Shown here: positions 9,574 through 18,809 of the stretch, piece by piece
How positions within the stretch are numbered: position 1 is the stretch's first letter
How the letters are laid out: every line of letters begins with the position of its first letter
Source of the DNA: SAR202 cluster bacterium
Lineage (GTDB): Bacteria; Chloroflexota; Dehalococcoidia; Lucifugimonadales; Australimonadaceae
Length of the DNA stretch: 64,000 nucleotides
Assembly (NCBI GenBank): GCA_016872415.1
Contig: VGZX01000004.1
Span: forward strand, 3,879 to 67,878
Direction: 5' to 3'
The notes under the pieces: model-generated
What the model saw: only the letters and a program-made list of their open reading frames with translations
The model's database searches: none
What the model was told of the DNA's origin: nothing
Program-made: the position numbers and the translations under genes

Positions 9574-9827
9574 TAGGCTCCGGCTTTCCCTGTTACGCCC
9601 TGACTCTTCAAGATCTGCGCGACGGACTCCGATGGCTGTGCCCCGGCCTTGATCCAGTATTGGACGCGCTCTTGATTGATCGACACCGTTGGAGGGTTGG
9701 TCAGCGGGTTGTAGATGCCGACCTGCTCGACGAACGCGCCATCGCGGGGAGCCGCGATATCGGCCACCATGATGCGATAGCTGGGTTGCTTCTTCTTGCC
9801 TACGCGGCTCAAACGGATGCGGAGCAT
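9573..9827 (-). CDS. rpsP: 30S ribosomal protein S16
   Basis: MLRIRLSRVGKKKQPSYRI, PRDG, GAQPSESV. Confidence 0.97.
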   Translation of the reverse strand: MLRIRLSRVGKKKQPSYRIMVADIAAPRDGAFVEQVGIYNPLTNPPTVSINQERVQYWIKAGAQPSESVAQILKSQGVTGKAGA

Positions 9828-9875
9828 GAAAGGGCAGACTCCTGGGACACAAATTCCTAACGTCAGCAAAAAGCG

Positions 9876-9904
9876 ATTGTAGAGTGGCGCCATTGCCTTG
9901 TCAA
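9876..9904 (-). promoter_or_regulatory. sigma70-type promoter for the rpsP operon
   Basis: TTGACA-17 nt-TACAAT. Confidence 0.8.
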
Positions 9905-9993
9905 CGCGACAAACGCCTTGAGGAAGCCGTTGTCGGGCCACGCGCCATCCGCGCCGGCATGCCGGGAACTCCACCGTGACTCCCGCCTTGACA

Positions 9994-10719
9994 TCAATGC
10001 CCCACGCTCAATCGGGAGGTCAATGGATCGGGCAGGCCGGCCTCCGCCATGAGCCGTTGCGTCTCCGCGATGTCCTACCAGACGCGGCCGAGCGAGATCG
10101 CCTCGGCCCCCTCATCGTAAACGGCGTACGCGGCGCGCGGATCGCCGTCGCGGGGCTGCCCCACGCTGCCGGGATTGACCGCTACGCGCAGGTTGCCCAG
10201 CTCCACGCGCAGGCCGTCGGGCCCCGGCTGCCGCAGCCCATCGCCCTCGATACACGCGAACGGCAGGTGCGAATGGCCCACCAACACGACCTTGGCGCCC
10301 GTTTCGTACCATGCGTCTGTCGCCTGCCCAAAGCTCAGCAGGTAACCGCGCAGCGGGTCGGCCGGCGTGCCGTGCACCAAGACGAACGGCTCTCGCGACT
10401 CCGAGATGGGCAACGCGGTGAGGTAATCGTGGGCCTCCGGGGTGAGCTACGTCATCGTCCACCGACACGCCTCGGCCGCGAAGTAGTTGAAGTCTTCCAG
10501 CCCGAGCCGGCCGACGGCGGCCGCATCGTGGTTGCCGGTGATAGCAAGGGCGCCGAGGCTCCGGAGCCGCTCGACGCACTCGACGGGCTTCGGGCCATAG
10601 CCGACGATGTCGCCGAGGCACCAGACGGCATCCGCGGCGCCGTAGCGCTCGGCGTCGAGCAGCACCGCATCGAGGGCGGGCAGGTTGGAATGGATGTCGC
10701 TGACGATGAGCACGCGCAT
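9994..10719 (-). pseudogene. Calcineurin-like metallophosphoesterase with two in-frame TAG codons
   Basis: SDIHSN, LGDIVGYG, GNHD, VHG, GHSH and NPGSVGQPRDGD all lie in one frame; TAG at 10447-10449 and 10075-10077; natural-looking end at TGA 9994-9996. Confidence 0.85.
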
Positions 10720-10766
10720 GGCGTCATTGTACCGGGCGGCGGCGCGGCTTTGCGTATAATCGCCTC

Positions 10767-11768
10767 ATGACCACCGTGCGTGACATCGGCGAGTTCGGGC
10801 TGATCGACCGCATCGCGCGCCGCATCGCCGATGCCCACCTCCGGCCTCCGGCTTACGAGGAGTTCAAGCTGCGGATCGGCATTGGTGACGACGCGGCCGC
10901 GTGGCAGTTGACCGGCGGCATCGAGGTCTGCACCACCGATACGATGGTGGAGGGCACGCACTTCCGCTCCGACACGCTCTCGTGGGGCGACGTGGGCTGG
11001 AAGCTGGCGGCCGCGAATATCAGCGACATCGGCGCCATGGGCGGCATTCCGCTCTGCGCCGTCGTCACGATGGGCCTGCCCGCCACGTTGCCGACGGCAT
11101 CGGTCGACGATCTGTACGACGGCATGCTCGCGGCGATGAATGCCTACCGCGCGCTGTTGGTCGGTGGCGACATCGTCAACTCGCCGGTCGCCTTCGTATC
11201 CATGACCCTGACCGGCGTTTGCGTCGGCGAGCCGATGATTCGCACGGCGGCCAGGCCGGGCCACGTCATCGGCGTCACCGGTCCATTGGGGGCGTCGGGC
11301 GGCGGCTTATGGCTGCTGCTGCAAGGGGAGGCCACCGAGACGCCGTCGGCGCAGGCCCTGCTCGCGGCGCACCGCCGGCCCGCGCCGACGCTGGAGGATG
11401 GCCGGCGGCTGTCGTATGGCGGCGTGCGTTGCGCGATGGACATTTCCGATGGGCTGGTGGCCGACCTCGGCAAGCTGACCAAGGCGAGCCGCATCGGTGC
11501 CGTCATCCGGGCCGACCGCGTCCCCGTCGCGCCGGCGTTGAGCGAGGCGTTGCCCGAGGAGGCGGCGCGCTTGGCGCTGACCGGCGGCGAGGACTACGAG
11601 GTCGTGTTCACGGCGCCGCGCGAGATCGCCGCGCGTTTGTTGCCGGAGCTGCCGCGCGCCACGCTCATCGGCGAGGTCACGGCGGAGGAACCGGGCACGG
11701 TGCGCGTGTTGGACGCGCGCGGCCAGCCGGTGCCATTGTCCAGCCACGGATGGGAGCACCTGCGTTGA
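10767..11768 (+). CDS. thiL: Thiamine-monophosphate kinase
   Basis: GEFGLI, GIGDDAA, NISDIGAMGG, DISDGL, GGEDYE. Confidence 0.96.
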   Translation: MTTVRDIGEFGLIDRIARRIADAHLRPPAYEEFKLRIGIGDDAAAWQLTGGIEVCTTDTMVEGTHFRSDTLSWGDVGWKLAAANISDIGAMGGIPLCAVVTMGLPATLPTASVDDLYDGMLAAMNAYRALLVGGDIVNSPVAFVSMTLTGVCVGEPMIRTAARPGHVIGVTGPLGASGGGLWLLLQGEATETPSAQALLAAHRRPAPTLEDGRRLSYGGVRCAMDISDGLVADLGKLTKASRIGAVIRADRVPVAPALSEALPEEAARLALTGGEDYEVVFTAPREIAARLLPELPRATLIGEVTAEEPGTVRVLDARGQPVPLSSHGWEHLR

Positions 11769-12241
11769 CGGAAGCCCCGCTCAAGGTCACCACGCGGTCG
11801 GCGGAGGAGACGCAGGCGTTTGGACGACGCATCGGCGCGCTGCTGGAGCGCGGCGACTTGGTGCTGCTGCATGGCACGCTGGGCGCGGGGAAGACGACGC
11901 TCACGCAGGGTATCGCCTGGGGCGCCGGCGTGACCAAGTACGCGCACAGCCCCACATTCGTGTTGGTGCACGAGTACGGGGGGCGCATTCCGATTTATCA
12001 CTTGGACCTTTACCGTCTCGACGAGCTGCTGGAGGTCCACGATCTTGGCATCGAGGAGATGCTGGAAGAAGGCGCGTGCGTCGTCGAGTGGGCCGAAAAG
12101 GCGCCGGAGGTGTTCCCGCGCGACCACCTGGCGATCGACGTGGTTCCGGGCGTGGGCGACGAACGCACGCTGAATGCGACGCCGCACGGCGCGCGCTACG
12201 TCCGGCTGGTGCGCGACTTGCGCGAGGCGCCGAGCCGGTGA
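11765..12241 (+). CDS. tsaE: tRNA t6A biosynthesis ATPase TsaE
   Basis: GTLGAGKTT, SPTF, HLDLYRL, VEWAE. Confidence 0.95.
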   Translation: MTEAPLKVTTRSAEETQAFGRRIGALLERGDLVLLHGTLGAGKTTLTQGIAWGAGVTKYAHSPTFVLVHEYGGRIPIYHLDLYRLDELLEVHDLGIEEMLEEGACVVEWAEKAPEVFPRDHLAIDVVPGVGDERTLNATPHGARYVRLVRDLREAPSR

Positions 12242-12966
12242 GCGACCTGCACCTCATCATCGACACCTCGACCCGCCACGGCGCGGTCGGCCTGCACGAT
12301 GGAGCGGCCATGATCCGCTCCGAGGCCTGGTTGTCGCGCCATAACCATACGGCGGAGCTGCTGCCGGCAATCGATCACCTGCTCGCGGCGCAAGGCGCGA
12401 CGGTGGACCTGCTGCGTGGCATCGCCGTCGCACGAGGCCCGGGCGGCTTCAGCGCATTGCGCGCGGGGCTGGGTGTCGCCAAGGGGTTCGCGTTCGCTCG
12501 CGGCATCCCGTTGGTGGGCGTTAGCACGCTGGAGGCGACGGCATACCCGCTCCGCGATGTGGGCCTGCCCATCTGCGCGTTGTTGGAAGCCGGCCAAGGG
12601 GCGGTGGCATGGGCGCGGTTCGAGCAGCGAGCGGGCGGCTGGCGGCGGGCGACGCCGGAGCGCGTGACACCGCTCGACCGCATGCTGGGCAAGGGTGGCC
12701 GCCGCCTGTTGTTCTGCGGCGAGGGCGCCAGCAGGTATCGCGGCGAGATCGAGGCTGTCGCGGGGGCGAGGGCGCGCTTCGTCGATGGGGCCCCGCACAT
12801 GCGCCTGCGCGGCGTCGCCGAGCTGGGCGTGGCGCGTTTGGCCCGGGGCGAGTCCGACGCGGTGGCAAGCCTGGAGCCGCGCTATCTGCGGCCGCCGGGG
12901 ATCACGCCGGCGAAGGCGACAACCGCCGTGAAATTGGGCGCCGCGCCGCGCGCGATGAGCATGTGA
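12238..12966 (+). CDS. tsaB: tRNA t6A biosynthesis protein TsaB
   Basis: IDTST, HTAELLP, GPGGFSALR, PRYLR. Confidence 0.93.
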   Translation: MSDLHLIIDTSTRHGAVGLHDGAAMIRSEAWLSRHNHTAELLPAIDHLLAAQGATVDLLRGIAVARGPGGFSALRAGLGVAKGFAFARGIPLVGVSTLEATAYPLRDVGLPICALLEAGQGAVAWARFEQRAGGWRRATPERVTPLDRMLGKGGRRLLFCGEGASRYRGEIEAVAGARARFVDGAPHMRLRGVAELGVARLARGESDAVASLEPRYLRPPGITPAKATTAVKLGAAPRAMSM

Positions 12967-13059
12967 CGGAAATCGAAGCCATGTGATAGCCTTGCGGCAC
13001 TTGCCTTGCGTAAGGCGACGGCCACGCCGGGCCGATACTTCCGAGGGAGCAGCCTCCGA

Positions 13060-13512
13060 ATGGAACGGACCCTGATTCTGCTAAAGCCCGACGCATTGCA
13101 GCGTGGCCTGTGCGGCCGCATCATCGCTCGCCTCGAGGACCGCGGCCTGAAGCTCGCTGGCATGAAGCTGATGCGAATGGACATGGCCGTGGCGCGAAAG
13201 CACTACGAAGCGCACGTGAACCGGTCATTCTTCGTCGGCCTGGCCGAGTTCATGACGTCGCGGCCCATCGTCGCGATTGCCGTCGAGGGCAAGAACGCGG
13301 TGGACGTGGTGCGCGGGACGATGGGCGCCACGGACCCGCAGAAGGCGGCCCCCGGCACGGTGCGCGGCGACTTCGGCATCGACATCGCTCGCAACCTCAT
13401 CCACGGCTCCGACTCGCCCGAAGCGGCGGAGCGCGAGTTGGCGATCTTCTTCAAGCCGGAAGAGTTGTTGAGCTACGAGCGGGAAACCGACCGCTGGATC
13501 ATTGAATCCTGA
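13060..13512 (+). CDS. ndk: Nucleoside diphosphate kinase
   Basis: ERTLILLKPD, PGTVRGDF, NLIHGSDS. Confidence 0.97.
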   Translation: MERTLILLKPDALQRGLCGRIIARLEDRGLKLAGMKLMRMDMAVARKHYEAHVNRSFFVGLAEFMTSRPIVAIAVEGKNAVDVVRGTMGATDPQKAAPGTVRGDFGIDIARNLIHGSDSPEAAERELAIFFKPEELLSYERETDRWIIES

Positions 13513-13903
13513 CGAGCGGCTTGGCCTGCTTCCATATCTGCTCCAGGCGGTAGAAATCGCGCTGCTCCTCGCTGAAGACGTGGATCACCACGTCCACGTA
13601 GTCGAGCAGCACCCACCCGGAGTCCGCAGACCCCTCCCGGTGGTGCGGGGTAACGCCCTTTTGCTTGAGCGCGTACTCGACATCGTCAGCGACGGCGACG
13701 AGCTGCCGTTGGCTGCCCGCGCTCATGATCACCAGGTAGTCGGTGAAGCTCGTGGCTGGCTGGACGTCGAGCAGCACGATGTCGGTTGCTTGTTTGTCGG
13801 AGGCCGTGTCGACCGCGGCGCGTGCGAGCTCAAGTGGTTTCAGCGGTACACCTCGTGTCGTGCGAGTTGCCGCGCTCGTCATTGCGGCAAGCCGTGGTTT
13901 CAC
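13499..13903 (-). CDS. rsfS: Ribosome silencing factor (start uncertain)
   Basis: DKQATDI, WVLLDYVDVVIHVF, RDFYRLEQIW. Confidence 0.93.
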   Translation of the reverse strand: MKPRLAAMTSAATRTTRGVPLKPLELARAAVDTASDKQATDIVLLDVQPATSFTDYLVIMSAGSQRQLVAVADDVEYALKQKGVTPHHREGSADSGWVLLDYVDVVIHVFSEEQRDFYRLEQIWKQAKPLVRIQ

Positions 13904-14001
13904 AACGATTATATGGCCGCGATGCGCCGCGCGCAGCAGGTATAATCGATGAGTCTCGTACGTCCCCTAGAACACGGCCCGCTTCGTCGAAAGGATCCGA
14001 C

Positions 14002-14718
14002 ATGGAGCCCGTGACCCGTCAGAAGTCCTCGTTTCATCGGGCGGTGTGGAACGAAGTCGCCCAACACCTGCGCTCCCGGTTCACGGCCGGGCTGCTGGTG
14101 CTCGTGCCCATCATCGGCACATACCTCATCCTCCGCATCTTCTTCGATTTTCTCGATGGGGTGCTCAAGCCTGCGTTCGAGTGGATATTCGGGCGCTACT
14201 ACCCCGGTATGGGCCTGGTCACGCTGGTCATTGTCGTCTACCTCGCGGGGGTCATCGCGACGAACCTGATTGGACGCGCCTTCTTCCAGGGCATCCAACA
14301 GGCGCTCACGGTGCTGCCGGTGGTGCGCTCGGTGTACGGCGTCGTGAACCGCTTGGTCGATTCGCTCGCCGGCAAGCGCACGACGGGGCTCAACCGCGTG
14401 GTGCTGGTGGAGTATCCACACCCCGGGCTATGGACGGTGGCGTTTTTGACTGGGTTCTCGTACTCGGATTCCGACAACGAGCTGTTGGCCGTGCTCTACA
14501 TTCCCACCGCGCCGACGCCCACGTCGGGTTGGCTAGCATTCGTGCCCGTCGCGCGTGTGTTCGATACCGACATTTCGACGCAGGCCGCGCTGCAGACGGT
14601 GCTGTCGGGAGGCATATCCTATCCCGAGCGATTCTTGAAGCGGCCGTTGCCGGAAGCGGAGCTTGTCGCGGCAATGCCGAGGAAGGCCAATGGCTCAACC
14701 AGCGTTCCAGCCCCCTAG
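14002..14718 (+). CDS. DUF502 family membrane protein
   Basis: FTAGLLVLVP, VVLVEYP, YIPTAPTPTSG. Confidence 0.88.
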   Translation: MEPVTRQKSSFHRAVWNEVAQHLRSRFTAGLLVLVPIIGTYLILRIFFDFLDGVLKPAFEWIFGRYYPGMGLVTLVIVVYLAGVIATNLIGRAFFQGIQQALTVLPVVRSVYGVVNRLVDSLAGKRTTGLNRVVLVEYPHPGLWTVAFLTGFSYSDSDNELLAVLYIPTAPTPTSGWLAFVPVARVFDTDISTQAALQTVLSGGISYPERFLKRPLPEAELVAAMPRKANGSTSVPAP

Positions 14719-15799
14719 GAGCTCCCGCGTCGTGGTCGCCATGAGCGGCGGCGTCGACTCGTCGGTCGCCGCCTACCTGCTGCGGCGCGAGGGATGTGAC
14801 GTCATTGGCGTCACGATGCGCCTCTGGTCATCCGACGACGCCGCGATCACGCCCGACCACCAGGGCTGCTGCTCCATCGAGGACATCGAGGACGCGCGCC
14901 GCGTGTGCCAGGTCATCGGCGTGCCGCACTACGTCCTCAATGTCGAGCGCGAGTTCCGGGCGCACGTCATGGATTACTTCGTCGCCGAATACCGGCGCGG
15001 GCGCACGCCGCACCCCTGTATCGCATGCAACGACCGCATCAAGTTCGATTTCTTGATGCGCCGCGCGTCGATGATGGACGCCGGCTTCGTCGCGACCGGC
15101 CACTACGCCCGTCTCGTCACCGACGAGCGCACCGGCGCGCGGCAGCTGCTGCGTGGCGTCGACTCGTCGAAGGACCAATCGTACGTCCTTTTCGGACTCT
15201 CCCAGAGGCAGCTGGGGCATGTCTTACTCCCCGTGGGACACTTCACGAAGCAGCGGATTCGCGGCCTCGCGCTCGAAGGCGGGTTGCACCTCGCGGACAA
15301 GCGCGACAGCCAGGAGGTCTGCTTCATTCCGCAAGGCGATTACCGCGAGTTTCTCCGCAAGCATGCGACGCCCCAACCCGGCGAGTTCGTCGACAGCGCC
15401 GGTCGCGTTCTGGGCAGCCACGGTGGCATCGAGCAGTTCACGGTCGGCCAGCGGCGGGGCCTTGGCGTGGCGGCCGGCGAGCGCCTGTTCGTCACGCGGA
15501 TCGAGCCGGAGACGCGGCGCGTGGTGCTCGGCCCGGCCGAGGAGCTGCTGCGGCGCGGCGCCCGGGTGGAGCGGGTGAACTACGTGGGTGGCGACGCCCC
15601 CGGCGAGCCGCTTCGCGTGAGCGCGAAGATACGTTACAACGGGCGTGACGTGCAGGCGATGCTGGAGCCGCGCGACACCGATACGGCCGACCTCTTGTTC
15701 GAGATGCCGCAGCGGGCGGTGACGCCGGGCCAGGCGGCGGTCTTTTATGATGGCGACCGCGTCGTTGGAGGCGGCTTCATCGCCGCTGCCCTAGACTAA
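14690..15799 (+). CDS. mnmA: tRNA 2-thiouridylase MnmA
   Basis: AMSGGVDSSV, TPHPCIACN, ATGHY, KDQSY, DSQEVCF, TPGQ. Confidence 0.97.
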   Translation: MAQPAFQPPRSSRVVVAMSGGVDSSVAAYLLRREGCDVIGVTMRLWSSDDAAITPDHQGCCSIEDIEDARRVCQVIGVPHYVLNVEREFRAHVMDYFVAEYRRGRTPHPCIACNDRIKFDFLMRRASMMDAGFVATGHYARLVTDERTGARQLLRGVDSSKDQSYVLFGLSQRQLGHVLLPVGHFTKQRIRGLALEGGLHLADKRDSQEVCFIPQGDYREFLRKHATPQPGEFVDSAGRVLGSHGGIEQFTVGQRRGLGVAAGERLFVTRIEPETRRVVLGPAEELLRRGARVERVNYVGGDAPGEPLRVSAKIRYNGRDVQAMLEPRDTDTADLLFEMPQRAVTPGQAAVFYDGDRVVGGGFIAAALD

Positions 15800-15824
15800 C
15801 GCTGGCCCCCCGTCGGAGGGTTCC

Positions 15825-16472
15825 GTGGCTGTTGTGACGCTACCGACGCAGGATGAGGAGCGACGCCTGCGGGCGGCGGGCTTCCCGCGCGTCGCCGGCG
15901 TCGACGAAGCTGGGCGCGGGCCGCTGGCGGGTCCGGTCGTCGCCGGGGCCGTGGTGCTCCCCGATCTCACGGCGAGCGCCGCCGCCGAACTGCTGCTGAT
16001 CCGCGACAGCAAGATGCTCTCGGCGAGCCAGCGCCGGCGCGCGGCGGCGCTCATCCATTCGTTGACGGATGACATCGGCATCGGCGTGGCGTCGGTGGAC
16101 GAGATCGACGAGCACGGCATCGCGCCGGCCACCAAGCTGGCGATGCGTCGAGCACTCTCCGGCCTGCGCCTGCCGCCCGACCATTTGCTGGTGGATGCGG
16201 TGCGTCTCGATTGGAACCGGCTGCCGTGCCTGGCGCTGGTGCGTGGAGACTCGCTCTGCACGGCCATCGCCGCCGCCTCCATCGTCGCCAAGGTGCACCG
16301 CGATGCGCTGATGGACGAGCTCGACGCCGTCCACCCCGGTTATGGGTTTGCCCGGCACAAGGGTTACGCGGCTCCATCGCACCTCGAGGCGCTCGCGCGA
16401 CTCGGACCGTCACCCGCGCACCGGCGGTCGTTCGCGCCGCTGCGGCTCGCGCTGCCGCACGCCGATGCCTAG
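15825..16472 (+). CDS. rnhB: Ribonuclease HII
   Basis: [36 protein letters not shown]. Confidence 0.96.
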   Translation: MAVVTLPTQDEERRLRAAGFPRVAGVDEAGRGPLAGPVVAGAVVLPDLTASAAAELLLIRDSKMLSASQRRRAAALIHSLTDDIGIGVASVDEIDEHGIAPATKLAMRRALSGLRLPPDHLLVDAVRLDWNRLPCLALVRGDSLCTAIAAASIVAKVHRDALMDELDAVHPGYGFARHKGYAAPSHLEALARLGPSPAHRRSFAPLRLALPHADA

Positions 16473-16838
16473 TCAGCGCACGCGCACCGGCACCGTGGGC
16501 GAGCGCATCGCCGCGAGTCATCTCGAATCGTTGGGATGGACGCTGCTCGGCCGCAACTACCGCACAAGGCTCGGCGAGGTGGACATCATCGCGCGAGACG
16601 GCGACGAGTTGGTGTTCGTGGAGGTGCGCACCAAGACAAGAAGAGCTTGGCGTTCGGCACGCCGGAGGAGTCGTTGACGCCGCGCAAGCTGCTGAGTCTC
16701 TTACACGCCGTCGTCGAATATTTGCGCGACAACGACTTGGCGCCGGCACGCTGGCGGGTCGACCTCGTCGCGATAACGCTGCGCGAAGGCCCCGCGACGA
16801 TCAACCACCTGCGCGCGTTGGGACTGCCGGAATCCTGA
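16465..16838 (+). pseudogene. yraN: YraN family endonuclease, frameshifted
   Basis: [20 protein letters not shown] in one frame, FGTPEES...WRVDLVAI in the next; CAAGA duplicated at 16632-16641. Confidence 0.85.
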
Positions 16839-17643
16839 CCGCCCGCAAGGCCAGGAACAGCGGTATCTCGGCGCGGGCGCGATTCTCGGCCCTTGCCCTC
16901 GGCCCCGGCTGGCTCGCCTTGTTCGACGCCCACTCCTCGACGGCGTCGATGAACAAACCGGCGTCGGCCAGCGCGCGCACGTAATCTTGCAGGGGCCGGT
17001 GGAAGCTCCACGCCACCAGGTTGGGCGCTGAGCCTGGGTGCACCTGTATGGGCACCTTGAGGGGCGAGAGGTAGTGGTCGACGCGGCGATACAGCAGTTT
17101 CCGCTCCGTGTCCTCGCCCCAGCCGCTCTGCCGGGGTATGCGGAAACTGGGGTGCGTCATCACGAAGATGGCCTTGCCGCCGGGCCTCAGCAGGCCGGCG
17201 CAGCCATTCATGACAGGCGCCAGCAGCTCGATGTTCTGTATCGCGAGTATGCACACCACCGCGTCGAACGTGCCTTGACCCTCCAGCGTGTGCAACTGCT
17301 CGGCGCGCAACACCTTGAACGTGGCGCGCCCGCCCCGCTGACGGGCCGCGCGAATGAGGTCGGACGATGCGTCGACTCCAAGTGCGTTGACTCCCAGTCG
17401 CTCCAGCTCGCGAGTGAACGCGCCCTGGCCGCACGCCAAGTCCAGCACGCGCATGCCGGGCCGCAGCTGCAGCATGCGTAGCACGCCAGGGAAAACGACT
17501 TCGCGCTGATAGCCGCTGCCGCCCTCCCCGACGAGCGCGTCGTACCATGACGCGACGGCGCCGGTCCACGCGGTCTGCCGCGACGGTGGGGGCGCCCGCC
17601 GAGTGGGCGGGGTCCGGCGAGGGGGTCGTTGGCGTTGTCGCAT
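16801..17643 (-). CDS. Class I SAM-dependent methyltransferase
   Basis: VLDLACGQG, GVDAS, LRPGG, THPSF. Confidence 0.9.
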   Translation of the reverse strand: MRQRQRPPRRTPPTRRAPPPSRQTAWTGAVASWYDALVGEGGSGYQREVVFPGVLRMLQLRPGMRVLDLACGQGAFTRELERLGVNALGVDASSDLIRAARQRGGRATFKVLRAEQLHTLEGQGTFDAVVCILAIQNIELLAPVMNGCAGLLRPGGKAIFVMTHPSFRIPRQSGWGEDTERKLLYRRVDHYLSPLKVPIQVHPGSAPNLVAWSFHRPLQDYVRALADAGLFIDAVEEWASNKASQPGPRARAENRARAEIPLFLALRAVRIPAVPTRAGG

Positions 17644-17726
17644 GAGCACTCATTCTACGGCCAACCGCGCTGTGCTAGGGTACGATCAGCGCGGCGCGAC
17701 ACCGCTTACTCGACGTAGGAGGTCGC

Positions 17727-18797
17727 ATGACGACCTGGAAGCCCGGCACTGGCCCCGATGCCCACCGCACCGAATACTGGCTGTTGAGCGGCCTGGAAGG
17801 CTTGCACCGCGACGTGAGCGTGCTGTTCCGCGACCCCGGCGACGATCGCATTCTGAAGGCCATTAAGAGGACCGCCCAGGCGCTGGGCTTCGAGCGCGTG
17901 CTGCCGGTCGCCGGGCCGCCCATCCACAAGGCCATCGCCGAGCTCTCGCCGTTGGAGGGGTTGTTCGCCGGGCCGAACTTCATGGAAGTGAAGTTCATGG
18001 CGCAGACGCTCGGGCTCCTGGCGGTCGCGGAGACCGCCGACCTGATGCCGAAGGATGTTGAGGCGACGTTCAGACGGCCAGACCTCACTGGCCTGTCGGA
18101 CGCGCTTTTCCTGATGAGCCGCGCCGCCGGCTCCGGCTTCCGCAAGCGCGCCGCCGAGCGGTTCCGTGGCCTCTATGTCATCGTCGACCCTGACCTCACC
18201 AACGGCCGAGACCCCCGATGGGTGGCGGAGGAGGCATTACGGGGCGGCGCCACGGCCATCCAGTTCCGCAACAAGAGCAAGGACAAGGGCGATGTGTTGC
18301 CGCTGGCCCGCGATCTGGTGGGGTTGTGCGAGGCGCATGAGGCGACGCTGGTCATCAACGATCATGCCGACCTCGCCATCGCGAGCGATGCCCACGGCAT
18401 GCACGCCGGCCAGCACGACCTGCCGTTGGCCGTCGCGCAGCGCATCCTCAAGCCGTGGCAGATCGCCGGCACGTCCAACGCGCTGCTAGGCGAGGCGGAG
18501 GCGTCGCTCGCCGCCGGGGCCGACTACATCGCCGTCGGCCGCATGTTCGACACGACCTCCAAGAACAACACGCGCCCGGCCGGCCCCGAGACGCTCCGCC
18601 AGGTGCGGGCGCTGGTGCCGGATGGCGACACGCCCATCGTCGGAATCGGCGGCATCACGCTCGCGAACGTCGCGCGCGTCGCCGAGGCGGGCGCCGACGG
18701 CATCTGCGTCATTAGCGCCGTGACGCAGGCCGACGACCCACGAAAGGCCGCGGCGGAGCTCCTCGAAGCGTTCCGCCGCGCGAAGCCAACCCACTAG
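17727..18797 (+). CDS. thiE: Thiamine-phosphate synthase with an N-terminal extra domain
   Basis: C-terminal LYVIVD, QFRNK, INDH, HAGQHD, TTSK, GIGGI, VISAV; about 145 extra N-terminal residues; AGGAGG SD. Confidence 0.9.
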   Translation: MTTWKPGTGPDAHRTEYWLLSGLEGLHRDVSVLFRDPGDDRILKAIKRTAQALGFERVLPVAGPPIHKAIAELSPLEGLFAGPNFMEVKFMAQTLGLLAVAETADLMPKDVEATFRRPDLTGLSDALFLMSRAAGSGFRKRAAERFRGLYVIVDPDLTNGRDPRWVAEEALRGGATAIQFRNKSKDKGDVLPLARDLVGLCEAHEATLVINDHADLAIASDAHGMHAGQHDLPLAVAQRILKPWQIAGTSNALLGEAEASLAAGADYIAVGRMFDTTSKNNTRPAGPETLRQVRALVPDGDTPIVGIGGITLANVARVAEAGADGICVISAVTQADDPRKAAAELLEAFRRAKPTH

Positions 18798-18809
18798 CGG
18801 AGGGTCTCG

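Noticed and set aside
9994-10719. Genome-wide TAG reassignment
   Set aside because: TAG ends nuoD (GEVDR*), ribH, purQ, leuS, dnaB and others at their natural termini.
17650-17726. TPP riboswitch before thiE
   Set aside because: Short gap without the CUGAGA or other THI-box motifs.
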